64,000 nucleotides of DNA from Gemmatimonadota bacterium (lineage in GTDB: Bacteria; Gemmatimonadota; Gemmatimonadetes; Gemmatimonadales; GWC2-71-9): positions 2,367-66,366 of the forward strand of contig JBDHJR010000015.1 in the NCBI GenBank assembly GCA_039586815.1. Reading direction: 5' to 3'. Made by a program: the position numbers and the translations under genes. Below are positions 26,249 to 35,923 of this stretch, in pieces; the stretch's first letter is position 1, and each line of letters opens with the position of its first letter. The notes under the pieces were generated by a model. The model was not told where the DNA came from. It worked only from the letters and a program-made list of their open reading frames with translations, and made no database searches.

Positions 26249-28581
26249 GACACGAACTCCACGATGGTGACCCCCGACCCACCCTGTTCGGGCGGCGCCA
26301 GCTGGAACCGCGCCACCCGCCTGTCGGCTTGCAGCAACTGCTGCACGGCCGCGCGCAGCGCTCCGGTTCCCTTGCCGTGGATGATGCGCAGCAACGGCAG
26401 GTCGGCGACCACCGCCGCGTCGATGGCGGCGAGCAGCTCGGGCTCGGCTTCCTCGACGCGCATGCCTCGCAGGTTCACTTCGGACGACACTTTCGTGTCG
26501 GAGGGAACCGGGAACGGAGAACGGGGAACGGTTGGCTCCGGCGATGTCCCGGCAACTCGCGAACCCTTCTTCGACTGCGGTGCGGCAGGGCGGCCCGTTC
26601 CCTGTTCCCCGTTCTCCGTTCCCCGAACTCTCCAGCCTGCCTCCTCCAACTTGCGAAGCGCATCCGCCTCCTCCTTCACACCCTCCTCGACCAAACGGCG
26701 CGCTTCCTTGGCGGTCGCCTCGCTCACCGCAGCCCGCGCCGTGCCCAACGCCTCCTCGACGCGCTTGCGCGCCTCCAGCAGAAAGCGACGTGCTTGCTCG
26801 CGCCCCTCGCGTTCCAGCTCCCGTTCGCGCTCGTTGAGGGCCGCGAGCCGCCGCTGCAACTCCGATCGCTCGTCCCGCGCCGCGCCGCTCTCCCTGGCGA
26901 GGTGTGCCTGCGTGTCCGCCACCTCCCCTTCCCTGCGCCCCAGCTCGGCTTCTCGTTGCTCCAGCTCGGCAAGCATCGCGTCCAGCGAGCGCGCTTGCTC
27001 CGGCGTCAGCTCCTCGGCGCGGGCCAGCACGTCGCTTGGCAAACCCATGCGCCGTGCGATGGCCAGGCCGTACGAGCGCCCCGGCTTGCCCTTGAGCAGG
27101 CGGTAGGTCGGCGCCAGAGTGGCCTGGTCGAACTCGAGGCTGGCGTTCACGATGCCAGGCGTGTCGGCTGCCAATTCCTTGAGCTGGCCCAGGTGAGTGG
27201 TGGCTACGGTCACCGGCTCGCGCCCGTTCAGGGCGAGCAGCAGCGCACCCGCGAGGGCCGCCCCTTCGATCGGGTCGGTTCCGCCGCCCAGCTCGTCCAG
27301 CAACACCAGGGAGCTCTCCCCCACTTCCTCGAGGATCACCTTGAGACGGGCTACGTGCGCGCTGAACGTGGAGAGGCTGGCCTCGATCGACTGGTGATCG
27401 CCGATGTCCGTGAAGATGCGGCTGAACACCGGCAGGGTAGTCTCCGGACCCACGGGCGGAATCACTCCGGCCTGCGCCGTCGCGCTGATGAGCCCCACGG
27501 CCTTGAGCAGCACCGTCTTGCCACCCGCGTTGGGCCCGCTCACCAGCACGCTGACCTCACCCTCATCCAGCACGAGGTCGAACGGCACAGCCTCGCCCGA
27601 CTCGGCCAGCAACAGGGGGTGCACGCCTTGCCGGATCGCAAGCGGCGCCGGCGCCTCGGACAACTCGGGAACGAGCGCCTTCGATGCAAGAGCGTACCGC
27701 GCGCGGGCGTAGCAGTCGTCGGCCGCGACGCACATGGCCCAGCCATCCTCGATGAGCGAAGCGTGTGGGCGTGCCTCCTCGGTCAGCGCCCGCAACACCG
27801 CCAGGGTCTCGCGCGCCTCCTCCGCCTCACAGGCGTTCAACTCGTTGCCCAGCTGCACAGCCTCGCTCGGCTCAACGAACAGGGTCGCGCCCGAGCTCGA
27901 CTCACCGTGCACAATCCCCTGCACCCTCCCGCGCCGCTCACTGCGCACCGGGATCACGTAGCGACCGCCGCGCAGAGTCACCGTAGCGTCCCCCTCGTGG
28001 GGCGCCGCCTCGCGTAGGAATCCTTCGAGCAGGCCGATGAGCCGCTCGCGCGCATCGCGCAGCCTGCGGCGCGCCCGCTTGAGAGCGGGTGAGGCGTCGT
28101 CCTTCACCCGCCCGTCCGGCTCGATTGCCCGCTCGATGGCCTGCTCCAGGCGGCGCGGCGGGATCTCGACGGCAAGCGCCGCTACGCGCGGCGCCTGCTC
28201 CGCCAGAGCCACGAGCTGGTCCGCCACCTCATGCATGCCCGAGAGGGCCGACTGGAGCGCGTGGAGTTGCTCCCCGTCGAGCACGCTGCCAGCGACGGCG
28301 AGCTGCTCCAGGACCTCGCTCAGATCGGGCACCGCGAGTGGCCGGAAGCGGCCCTTCTCGTGCAGCTCGCGCGCCAGCTCCCACACTGTGGCAAGCTCCT
28401 CCCGCACGAGCTCCACATCGGCCAAGGGACGGCGCGCCTGCACGGAGGCCGCTCCCAGATCCGACACCGCGTGCTGCGCCACCACGGCGAGGACGCGGTC
28501 GAACTCCAGCTCTGCGAGGGTTTGGGGAGCAGCTACCCGCGAGAATGAGGAAGGGGTGCCGGTGATCTCAGTCACCTGCAC
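26245..28581 (-). CDS. mutS2: Endonuclease MutS2 (MutS domain + Smr)
   Basis: 778 aa. Walker A GPNAGGKT, LVLLDELGGGTDP, coiled coil and C-terminal Smr (NLRGMRVEEA...IIHGKGTGALR). Confidence 0.93.
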   Translation of the reverse strand: MQVTEITGTPSSFSRVAAPQTLAELEFDRVLAVVAQHAVSDLGAASVQARRPLADVELVREELATVWELARELHEKGRFRPLAVPDLSEVLEQLAVAGSVLDGEQLHALQSALSGMHEVADQLVALAEQAPRVAALAVEIPPRRLEQAIERAIEPDGRVKDDASPALKRARRRLRDARERLIGLLEGFLREAAPHEGDATVTLRGGRYVIPVRSERRGRVQGIVHGESSSGATLFVEPSEAVQLGNELNACEAEEARETLAVLRALTEEARPHASLIEDGWAMCVAADDCYARARYALASKALVPELSEAPAPLAIRQGVHPLLLAESGEAVPFDLVLDEGEVSVLVSGPNAGGKTVLLKAVGLISATAQAGVIPPVGPETTLPVFSRIFTDIGDHQSIEASLSTFSAHVARLKVILEEVGESSLVLLDELGGGTDPIEGAALAGALLLALNGREPVTVATTHLGQLKELAADTPGIVNASLEFDQATLAPTYRLLKGKPGRSYGLAIARRMGLPSDVLARAEELTPEQARSLDAMLAELEQREAELGRREGEVADTQAHLARESGAARDERSELQRRLAALNERERELEREGREQARRFLLEARKRVEEALGTARAAVSEATAKEARRLVEEGVKEEADALRKLEEAGWRVRGTENGEQGTGRPAAPQSKKGSRVAGTSPEPTVPRSPFPVPSDTKVSSEVNLRGMRVEEAEPELLAAIDAAVVADLPLLRIIHGKGTGALRAAVQQLLQADRRVARFQLAPPEQGGSGVTIVEFVS
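26503..26531 (+). repeat. GGGAACN heptad array, arm 1 of an inverted pair inside mutS2 (G-rich on the plus strand)
   Basis: GGGAACC-GGGAACG-GAGAACG-GGGAACG-G read directly. Nt 26511-26529 are the exact reverse complement of 26604-26622. Confidence 0.85.
26595..26624 (-). repeat. GGGAACN heptad array, arm 2 of the inverted pair inside mutS2 (G-rich on the sense strand)
   Basis: Minus strand reads GGGGAACGGAGAACGGGGAACAGGGAACGG and encodes GTENGEQGTG. 19-nt perfect inverted repeat with arm 1, with a 74-nt spacer. Confidence 0.85.
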
Positions 28582-28719
28582 CCCTTGCCGAACACACTCT
28601 GCCCCGGCGCTTCATGTTCCGCGCTTGAGCCTCTTGCCAGGAACGGGGGTTACTCGAGTCAGAATCTGTAACAGAGTTCTCAAGTTAGACCTGCCTCATG
28701 CCCTTGGCAAGCACTCGCG

Positions 28720-29058
28720 CTAGCCGGGCGGCCACGCCATCGGGCGCCCGCCCAGCACGTGGGCGTGGACATGAAACACCGTCTGCCCGGCTCCCGCATT
28801 CGTGTTGATGACGAGGCGATACCCGTCGTCCGCCAGCCCCTCGTCGCGGGCGACATCGCGCGCAAACAGCACCAGCCCACCCAGCAGCGCGCCGTCGTCG
28901 GCCTCGTTGAGAGAGGCTACGTGCCGCTTGGGGATGGCCAGCACATGGGTGGGGGCCTGGGGACTGATGTCGCGGAACGCGAAGTACTCCTCGCTCTCGG
29001 CCACCTTGGCGGCCGGGATCTCACCGGCCGCGATCTTGCAGAAGAGACAATCACCCAT
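28720..29058 (-). CDS. HIT-family (histidine triad) nucleotide hydrolase
   Basis: MGDCLFCKIAAGEIPA... and the HVHAHVLGG triad. ATG at 29058 lies just after the dnaJ stop. Confidence 0.9.
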   Translation of the reverse strand: MGDCLFCKIAAGEIPAAKVAESEEYFAFRDISPQAPTHVLAIPKRHVASLNEADDGALLGGLVLFARDVARDEGLADDGYRLVINTNAGAGQTVFHVHAHVLGGRPMAWPPG

Positions 29059-29060
29059 GG

Positions 29061-30215
29061 TCAGGTCCCGAAGGCCTCCTTCATCTTGTCCCAGATCCGC
29101 TTGCCCAGTCCTTCCTTGGGCGGCTCGCCCTCGATCTCGGAGAGCTGCTCGAACAACTGCTTGAGCTCGGGGCTCAGCTTGTCCGGCGTCCACACCCGAG
29201 CGCGCACGTACAGCGTGCCCTTGCGCCCGCTGCTCACGTTGGGCAGCCCCTCGCCGCGCAACGTGAACACGGTGCCGCTCTGCGTGCCGCCGGGCACGGT
29301 CAGCGTCTCCGCGCCGTAGGGAGTGGGCACCTCCACCTCACCGCCCAGAGCCGCGTGGCTGAATGACAGGGGCAGATCGTACAGCAGGTCGTCGCCGTGC
29401 CGCTCGAAGCGCCGATCCTCTTCCACCTCGAATTGCACCAGGAGATCACCGTACGGGCCGTTGCGCGGGCCGGCCACGCCCTTCCCGCGCAGCGTGATGT
29501 AGTTCTCGCCGGTCACCCCCGCGGGCACCTCCACATCCACCTGCTTCTCGCGCCGCACGCGCCCGTCGCCGCGGCACTCCGTGCAGGGGTCCGACACCAC
29601 GCTCCCCTCGCCATCGCAGGCAGGGCACGGCGCCACCGACACGAACTGCCCGAACAGCGATTGCGCCGCGCGGCGCACCTCGCCGGCCCCGCCGCAGGTG
29701 GAACAGGGCTGCGGGCTGGAGCCCGGTGCCGCACCGCCGCCGTCGCAGGCCTCGCACCGCTCCAGCGTCTTGAGCTTGAGGGTGCGCGTGACGCCTTGCG
29801 CCACCTCGTCGAAGGTGAGCCGCAGCTTGACCCGCACGTCCTGACCGCGGCGCTGCTCGCGGCGCGCCCGTTGTCCGCCTCCGAAGAACGCGTCGAACCC
29901 ACCCATCCCGCCGAAGTCGCGCATGAAGATGTTGAGCGCCTCCGACAGATCGACGTGATGGAAGCCGAAGCCGCCGGCACCCGCGGGCCCACCCTTGATA
30001 CCCGACATCCCGAAGCGGTCGTAGCGCGCCCGCTGGTCGGGATCGCGCAGCACCTCGTACGCCTCGGTGGCCTCTTTGAACCTCTCCTCGGCCGCCTTGT
30101 CCCCGTCGTTGCGGTCTGGATGGTACTCCATGGCGAGACGGCGGTACGCCTTCTTGACCTCGGCTTCCGACGCAGTGCGCTCGACGCCGAGAACGTCGTA
30201 TAGATCGCGGGCCAT
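29061..30215 (-). CDS. dnaJ: Molecular chaperone DnaJ
   Basis: 384 aa. J domain with HPD, Gly/Phe-rich linker, four CxxCxGxG repeats, C-terminal client-binding domains. Confidence 0.97.
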   Translation of the reverse strand: MARDLYDVLGVERTASEAEVKKAYRRLAMEYHPDRNDGDKAAEERFKEATEAYEVLRDPDQRARYDRFGMSGIKGGPAGAGGFGFHHVDLSEALNIFMRDFGGMGGFDAFFGGGQRARREQRRGQDVRVKLRLTFDEVAQGVTRTLKLKTLERCEACDGGGAAPGSSPQPCSTCGGAGEVRRAAQSLFGQFVSVAPCPACDGEGSVVSDPCTECRGDGRVRREKQVDVEVPAGVTGENYITLRGKGVAGPRNGPYGDLLVQFEVEEDRRFERHGDDLLYDLPLSFSHAALGGEVEVPTPYGAETLTVPGGTQSGTVFTLRGEGLPNVSSGRKGTLYVRARVWTPDKLSPELKQLFEQLSEIEGEPPKEGLGKRIWDKMKEAFGT

Positions 30216-30221
30216 GGTGCG

Positions 30222-31256
30222 CTACTTGATGAGGTCGCCCAGCATGCGGCTGGTGTGTTCTACCATGGTGACGACCTTGCGGTAGGGCATGCGGGTGGGC
30301 CCCATGACGCCGATCATGCCGGCGAAGGGCCCGCACTGGTAGGTCGAGGTCACGATGGTGAGCCGGCTGAGCCTGGGGTCCACGTTCTCGGTTCCGATCG
30401 TGATGCTGATCCCGGGGGACGGTCGCTTCTCCAGCGCGGTGCGCAACAGCTCGCGCCGCTCGGTGAGCTCCAGCAGGTTGCGCATCTCGTCGGAGGAGTG
30501 GAACTCGGGCTGCTCGACCAGCATCTGGGCGCTGCCCAGCACCAGCTCGCCGCCCTCGCTCCCCAGCTCGAACAGCGAATCCGCCTCTTCGATGAAGATG
30601 TTGAGCAACTCGCGGGACTCGAGGTCACCGCCCGCGTCGCGCAGGCGCTCCCGCAGGCTCTGGCGGATCTCGCGCAGCGTGTGCCCGCTGAGGCGCTCGT
30701 TGAGCACGAGCTGCACGCTGGCCACCGCCTCGGGCGGCAGCTCGTTGGCAACCTCCACGAAGATCGTGCGGGCGGCACCGCCCTCGAGCACGAGGATCAT
30801 CAGCAGGCGCTCCGACGACGCCTGGACCAGCTCCAGCCGATCCAGCACGGCGTCGGAGAACGAGGGCGCGACGGCGATCCCCAGTTCCTGCGTCAGCACG
30901 CCCAACACCTCCGCAGCCTTCTGCAACAGCCCCTCGATGGCCGTCCGCTCGTGCCTCAGCTCGCGCCTCAGTGCATCCTGCTCCACGACCGAAGCCACCA
31001 CCGGACCCATGAGGGAGTCGACGTAGACCCGGTAGGCCTGGTCGGTGGGAACACGGCCGGCCGAGGTGTGGGGGTGCGACAGATAGCCCCGCTCCTCGAG
31101 GTCGCTCATGGTGTTGCGGATCGTGGCCGCCGACACCCCGAGGTCGTACCGCTTGGCAAGTGTGCGCGAGCCCGCCGGCTCGGCGGTCTCCACGAAGGAG
31201 TGGATCACCGCCTCCAGTACCTGGCGCTCCCGGTCAGTCAGTTGTTCTGGTTGCAT
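30222..31256 (-). CDS. hrcA: Heat-inducible transcription repressor HrcA
   Basis: MQPEQLTDRERQVLEAVIHSF...SRTLAKRYDLGVSAATIRNTMSDLEERGYLSHPHTSAGRVPT. The 621-aa ORF-track N-terminus overlaps hemW and was discarded. Confidence 0.93.
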   Translation of the reverse strand: MQPEQLTDRERQVLEAVIHSFVETAEPAGSRTLAKRYDLGVSAATIRNTMSDLEERGYLSHPHTSAGRVPTDQAYRVYVDSLMGPVVASVVEQDALRRELRHERTAIEGLLQKAAEVLGVLTQELGIAVAPSFSDAVLDRLELVQASSERLLMILVLEGGAARTIFVEVANELPPEAVASVQLVLNERLSGHTLREIRQSLRERLRDAGGDLESRELLNIFIEEADSLFELGSEGGELVLGSAQMLVEQPEFHSSDEMRNLLELTERRELLRTALEKRPSPGISITIGTENVDPRLSRLTIVTSTYQCGPFAGMIGVMGPTRMPYRKVVTMVEHTSRMLGDLIK

Positions 31257-31282
31257 AGTCCAAGTTGTGGCGTTACAGGAAT

Positions 31283-32416
31283 TTAGCCACCCTGGGCAGA
31301 GGTGGTCAACCGGGTGGTGACGGCGTCCAACTTGAGCCAACCACGGGGTGTGAGTCGGATCTTGCCGCCACCTGTTAGCAGCCAGCCCTCCCCGGCTGCT
31401 GCCTCCAGCTCGGGCGCCGCACTCGGGTCCAGACTGTCCGCAGCCACACCCTCGCTGGTGCGCAGCCCCAGGTACAGTTGCTCCAACCGGCGCTGCTGCT
31501 CGTCCAATCGCTCTCGCTCGGCCACGGCACTGCCATCTTGCTCCACCGCGTGCTCGTACGCCGCCCAGTGCCGCACGTTCCAGGCGCGCTCGCCCGCCCT
31601 GAACGAATGGGCCGACGGTCCCAGCCCCACATACGGCCGTCCGGTCCAGTAGGCACTGTTGTGGCGCGACCGTTGCCCCGCCCTCGCGTAGTTGGATACC
31701 TCGTAGTGCTCCAGCCCCGCAGCGGTGAGCTGCGCATCGGCCAGCAGAAACTCCTCGGCGTAACGTTCGTCGCCCGCGGCCACCGTCGCGCCGCGCGAGA
31801 TCCAGCGTGCCAGCGGCGTGCGCGCCTCCACGGTGAGACCGTAGAGCGACAGGTGCTCCGGCTCGAGCTCCAGAGCCTGCTCGAGTTCCCTGCGCAGGTC
31901 GGGCTGGAGCGCTTGCGGCAGGGCGAAGATGAGGTCGAGTGAGACCGAAGCGATGCCGGCTTGTCGCAGCAGCCGCACTGCCTCGCGGGACGCACCGGCC
32001 TGGTGGGTGCGGTGCATCCACTCCAGCACGGCAGCGTCGAACGACTGCACGCCGAGCGACACCCGGTTCACGCCCGCTTCCACCCACGCGGCGGCCGACA
32101 CCGCGGTCACGTCATCGGGGTTCGCTTCAAGCGTGATCTCGACGTCGCCCGACGACGCGACACCTTCGGCCTCGACGAGGCGGCGCGCCACCTCGGCGAG
32201 CCGCGCCGGGGGAAGCAGGGACGGAGTGCCACCCCCCAGGTAGAGTGTCTCGAGTGGCGCGTCGTCCCACGGCTCCCGCGCGCGCCGCACGTCGTGCTCG
32301 CGCAGCACCGCGCGCACGTAGCGGTCGGCCGGGATCTCACGTCGCACCGCAATGGCGAAGTCGCAGTACGAACAGCGCCGCCGACAAAACGGCACGTGGA
32401 CGTAGACATGTCGCAC
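31283..32416 (-). CDS. hemW: Radical SAM heme chaperone HemW (HemN-like, oxygen-independent coproporphyrinogen oxidase family)
   Basis: VYVHVPFCRRRCSYCDF (CxxxCxxC) and a HemN_C-like tail. GTG at 32416 lies 10 nt after the dprA stop. Confidence 0.88.
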   Translation of the reverse strand: MRHVYVHVPFCRRRCSYCDFAIAVRREIPADRYVRAVLREHDVRRAREPWDDAPLETLYLGGGTPSLLPPARLAEVARRLVEAEGVASSGDVEITLEANPDDVTAVSAAAWVEAGVNRVSLGVQSFDAAVLEWMHRTHQAGASREAVRLLRQAGIASVSLDLIFALPQALQPDLRRELEQALELEPEHLSLYGLTVEARTPLARWISRGATVAAGDERYAEEFLLADAQLTAAGLEHYEVSNYARAGQRSRHNSAYWTGRPYVGLGPSAHSFRAGERAWNVRHWAAYEHAVEQDGSAVAERERLDEQQRRLEQLYLGLRTSEGVAADSLDPSAAPELEAAAGEGWLLTGGGKIRLTPRGWLKLDAVTTRLTTSAQGG

Positions 32417-32426
32417 GCAGGAGAAG

Positions 32427-33518
32427 CTAACCGACGCCCAGCACGCTCGCCCGGCGGAACGTCTTGCCCGGATCCTGTGCCACGAGCCCGCGGATCTCGA
32501 GGCCCGTGAGCGCGGCGAGAGTCTCTGCCGCGGAGCACTGCAGCCGCTCGGCGATCTCGTCCACCAGCTCCACACCCAGGTCCAGCACGTCCAGCACGCG
32601 GCGCTCGAGCGGCATCAGTCCGGCCGTCACGCTCGAGGCCAGGTCGTCTCCCGACAGCCCGTACTCCTCCAGCAAGTCGCGCAAACCGAGTGCCGACTTG
32701 GCGCCGGCCTGGACGAGCCGGTTGCAGCCGGACGACGCAGGGCTGGTGATCGGACCCGGCACGGCGAGCACGTCGCGTCCCTGCTCCAGCGCGCAATCGG
32801 CGGTGATCAAGGCGCCCGAGCGCTTGCCCGCCTCGACCACGAGCGTGGCCCGCGCCAACCCGCTGATGAGCCGGTTGCGCCGTGGGAAGCTCCCGGCATT
32901 CGGCCTGTCGCCGGGCGGAAACTCGGTGATCAGACATCCTTCCCGCGCCATCCGGCCGTACAGCTCGCGGTTCGCCGAGGGGTAGACCACACCCAGTCCG
33001 TTGCCCAACACCCCCACGGTGCGGCCCTCCGCATCGAGACACGCCGTGTGGGCCACCGCGTCCAGCCCCCGTGCCATGCCACTCACAACAACGAGGCCGG
33101 CGCGCGCCGCACCGGCCGCGAACAGGCGGCACGCCTCGGCTCCGTAGCGCGTGTGCGTGCGGCTTCCCACGATCGCTACCGCGGGGCGCTGGAGCAGCGA
33201 CAGGTCACCCAGGGCGAACAGCAGCGTCGGTGCGGCGGGGATCTCTCTCAGCCTCGCGGGGAAGCGCGGATCGCCGGGCGTCAGCACCACACCACCCAAC
33301 CGTGAATTGCCGGCCACCATTCTGTGGGCTTCGTCGAGAGACGCCGCGCGCACCGCGGTCGCCGCCGCGACCGATACTCCGGGCACCGCTTCGAGATCCC
33401 GCTGCGAAGCCTCGAGCGCCTGCCTTGCGGAGCCGAAAGCCCCAAGCAGCGCATCGAGTCGCGCGCGTCCAATGCCCGGCACGAGCGCGAGGGTGACGTA
33501 GGCGATGTCGGGGGTCAC
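32427..33518 (-). CDS. dprA: DNA-processing protein DprA
   Basis: 363 aa. AIVGSRTHTRYG, VVSGMARGLDAVAH and a C-terminal winged-helix-like tail. GTGA overlap with the obg stop. Confidence 0.9.
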   Translation of the reverse strand: MTPDIAYVTLALVPGIGRARLDALLGAFGSARQALEASQRDLEAVPGVSVAAATAVRAASLDEAHRMVAGNSRLGGVVLTPGDPRFPARLREIPAAPTLLFALGDLSLLQRPAVAIVGSRTHTRYGAEACRLFAAGAARAGLVVVSGMARGLDAVAHTACLDAEGRTVGVLGNGLGVVYPSANRELYGRMAREGCLITEFPPGDRPNAGSFPRRNRLISGLARATLVVEAGKRSGALITADCALEQGRDVLAVPGPITSPASSGCNRLVQAGAKSALGLRDLLEEYGLSGDDLASSVTAGLMPLERRVLDVLDLGVELVDEIAERLQCSAAETLAALTGLEIRGLVAQDPGKTFRRASVLGVG

Positions 33519-34534
33519 GGAAGCGGAACGGCGTCTTCGGGCGGCGTCTCTGCCGCCTGCGCCAGCAGCTTCCAGAGCTCCTCCTTGAGCTCGTCCAAAC
33601 CGCGGTGGGCCACCGACGAGATCGCCACGACGCCGCTGGCCTGCGGCGCGCGAACCGTGGGCAGCTTCGCGTCGGGCGGCAACAGATCGCTCTTGGTGAG
33701 CACCACGATGTGGGGCTTGGCCGTCACGTCGGCGTCGTAGGCCTCCACTTCCGCCCTGAGCGTGTCGTAGCTGCCCTGCGGGTCGTCGTGCTCCATTGGG
33801 ACCAGGTAGGCGAGCACCCGCGTGCGCTCAACGTGCTGCAGAAACCGGTCGCCCAGACCCTTGCCTTCGTGCGCACCCTCGATCAGCCCCGGGATGTCGG
33901 CCATCACGAATGAGCGGCCGCCGGTGAGGCCCACCACACCCAGTTGCGGCGTGAGCGTCGTGAACGGATAGTCGGCGATCTTGGGCTTTGCCGCCGATAC
34001 GACCGAGAGCAGGGTACTCTTCCCGGCGTTGGGCTCCCCCAGCAACCCCACATCGGCCAGCAGCTTGAGCACCAGCTCGAGGGTGCGGTCCTCCCCCTCC
34101 ACTCCAGGCTCCCACTCGCGCGGCGCCTGGTGAGTCGGTGTGGCAAAGCGGGCGTTGCCTCGCCCACCGCGCCCGCCCTTGGCCACGAGCAGCTCGTCAC
34201 CGGGACGCACCACCTCCCCCAGCGTCTCGCCCGTGGCGGCGTCCAGCGCCACCGTGCCGGGCGGCACCGGCAGGTAGACGTCCTCGCCCGACTTGCCGGT
34301 CTTGTTGGAGCCCATCCCGTGCTGCCCGCGCTCGGCCTTGCGGTGCGCCTTGTAGCGGTAATCGAGCAGTGTGGTGAGATGGGCGTCGGCCCGCAGGTAC
34401 ACGCTCCCTCCGCGGCCCCCGTCGCCACCGTCGGGCCCGCCATTCGGCACGAACATCTCGCGCCGGAACGACGTGCAGCCCGACCCGCCGGTGCCGGCCG
34501 AGACGCGCAGAGTTACCCGGTCGACGAAGTTCAT
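33515..34534 (-). CDS. obg: GTPase Obg/CgtA
   Basis: MNFVDRVTLRVSAGTGGSG Obg fold. G1 GEPNAGKST, G3 DIPGLIEGA, G4 LTKSD. Confidence 0.95.
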   Translation of the reverse strand: MNFVDRVTLRVSAGTGGSGCTSFRREMFVPNGGPDGGDGGRGGSVYLRADAHLTTLLDYRYKAHRKAERGQHGMGSNKTGKSGEDVYLPVPPGTVALDAATGETLGEVVRPGDELLVAKGGRGGRGNARFATPTHQAPREWEPGVEGEDRTLELVLKLLADVGLLGEPNAGKSTLLSVVSAAKPKIADYPFTTLTPQLGVVGLTGGRSFVMADIPGLIEGAHEGKGLGDRFLQHVERTRVLAYLVPMEHDDPQGSYDTLRAEVEAYDADVTAKPHIVVLTKSDLLPPDAKLPTVRAPQASGVVAISSVAHRGLDELKEELWKLLAQAAETPPEDAVPLP

Positions 34535-34607
34535 GATGCGCGCGCTCCATGGAGCCAGCATGCGCGGCGGCCCGTGTTCACTGCAACGCGTTTCATTGCG
34601 CGGCCCA

Positions 34608-35615
34608 TCATACGAACGAAAGCTCTCCCTCCGAGCGCATCACACCGACAGTCTCCCAGCGCGTATTGAGCACGGGGAGCTCGGCGAAGCGGTCCAGCGA
34701 GGAGCCGGAGGGGCGCTCCAGCCCCAGCTGCTCGAGTGTTGCCATCAGCGCCGGCATCGCGGCGGCGTCGCCGCCGTCCTCGACCTTGATGGCGATGCCG
34801 AGCTGACGATCGATCAGCGCCGCACCATACACGCCCCCCGCCCCCACCTTGGCCAGTACCCGACCCGGGTACGCCTGCATGACCTCGGTACAGAGCCGCC
34901 GGTGGCCCGCCACCATCTCGGGGTGCCCGCTCATAGCGCGCACGATGCGGCGCGGCGCGTCACCCGTATCGGCTACGATCCCCGCGAAGGCGCGCGCCAT
35001 GTTGCTGAGCGGCAGCGCAAAGGCAACTACGCCACAGCCGTCCACGCTTTCTCCTAGGGCGCCTGGCGCGAGTCCCGCGTAGTGGGCCAGCATTTCCCTG
35101 GCGCGGTCCTGGACCGGATGTCCCCCGAGGTGGTAACCAGCCGCTTTCCAGTCCCGATGCCGGGCCAGCGCCAACATGCCCGTGTGCTTGCCGGAGCAAT
35201 TGCTCGCCAGCCGCGAGGGCGGAGCCACATCCACTTCGTCGGCCGGCCGCGTGTCGCCTAGTGGAATGGAGAAGTCGCCGATCAGCGCCCGGTGCGGCCC
35301 GCAGGCCAGATCGTCCTCGGCGCAGCCGATCCGCTCCAGCCAGCGCGCCGCGACATCCACCTGATGTCGCTCGGAGTTGTGCGAGGCGCAGGCCAGCGCC
35401 AGCTCCTCGTCCGAGACCGCGAACCGCTCGGCCGCGCCGTCCGCCACCACGGGGAGCGCCTGAAACGGCTTCGCGGCGGAGCGCGTGATCACCGCGCGTC
35501 CGGGATCTCCCGCCACGGCCACCATTGTGCCGTCGGGCAGACACACGGCAGCGGAAACCCGGTGCTCCGAGTCGAGGATGCCGCCGCGGTAGCTGCGGAC
35601 GAGGAAGTCGGTCAT
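34608..35615 (-). CDS. Asparaginase_II-family protein (Rhizobium-type L-asparaginase)
   Basis: RSAAKPFQALP and NCSGKHTGMLA motifs. ATG at 35615. Confidence 0.75.
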   Translation of the reverse strand: MTDFLVRSYRGGILDSEHRVSAAVCLPDGTMVAVAGDPGRAVITRSAAKPFQALPVVADGAAERFAVSDEELALACASHNSERHQVDVAARWLERIGCAEDDLACGPHRALIGDFSIPLGDTRPADEVDVAPPSRLASNCSGKHTGMLALARHRDWKAAGYHLGGHPVQDRAREMLAHYAGLAPGALGESVDGCGVVAFALPLSNMARAFAGIVADTGDAPRRIVRAMSGHPEMVAGHRRLCTEVMQAYPGRVLAKVGAGGVYGAALIDRQLGIAIKVEDGGDAAAMPALMATLEQLGLERPSGSSLDRFAELPVLNTRWETVGVMRSEGELSFV

Positions 35616-35717
35616 GGCAGCGCATAAGATAACGCCACCGGGCTTCACGCTGGATTCAGGGTTACCTTAGGGATGCTCGCCGACGTTGAGGCAGACCTTC
35701 GCTCGAGGAGGTGCGAC

Positions 35718-35900
35718 ATGGCCGCGGACACAGGCAAGATCGATCCGGCAGTGGAGCGGCGTCTCTCGGCGATCGAGGCGCGCGTCGCCGAGTTGGCGGA
35801 GCAGGTCAATCAGCTCGCACACGTCCTGGGGCGGCACGAGAAGCTGGCCAAGGAAATCGCGACGATCAAGTACGAATCGCGGGAGGCGGAGCAGTACTAG
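35718..35900 (+). CDS. Small (60 aa) coiled-coil hypothetical protein
   Basis: SD GAGGAGG lies 6 nt upstream of ATG 35718. Followed by a strong hairpin. Only plus-strand ORF in a 43-kb minus-strand run. No family recognised. Confidence 0.4.
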   Translation: MAADTGKIDPAVERRLSAIEARVAELAEQVNQLAHVLGRHEKLAKEIATIKYESREAEQY

Positions 35901-35923
35901 GCAACCGCACGACGCGCAACGAA

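Noticed and set aside
28582-28719. CIRCE-like operator or promoter in the HIT-mutS2 spacer (AGCACTC; imperfect palindrome GAATCTGTAACAGAGTTC).
   Set aside because: No matching second half-site occurs at 9-nt spacing, and the palindrome is imperfect. Support is insufficient for a call.
31257-32087. N-terminal extension of the hrcA ORF (621 aa in the ORF track).
   Set aside because: It overlaps the radical-SAM hemW gene in a different frame. HrcA homology begins at MQPEQLTDRERQVLE (ATG 31256).
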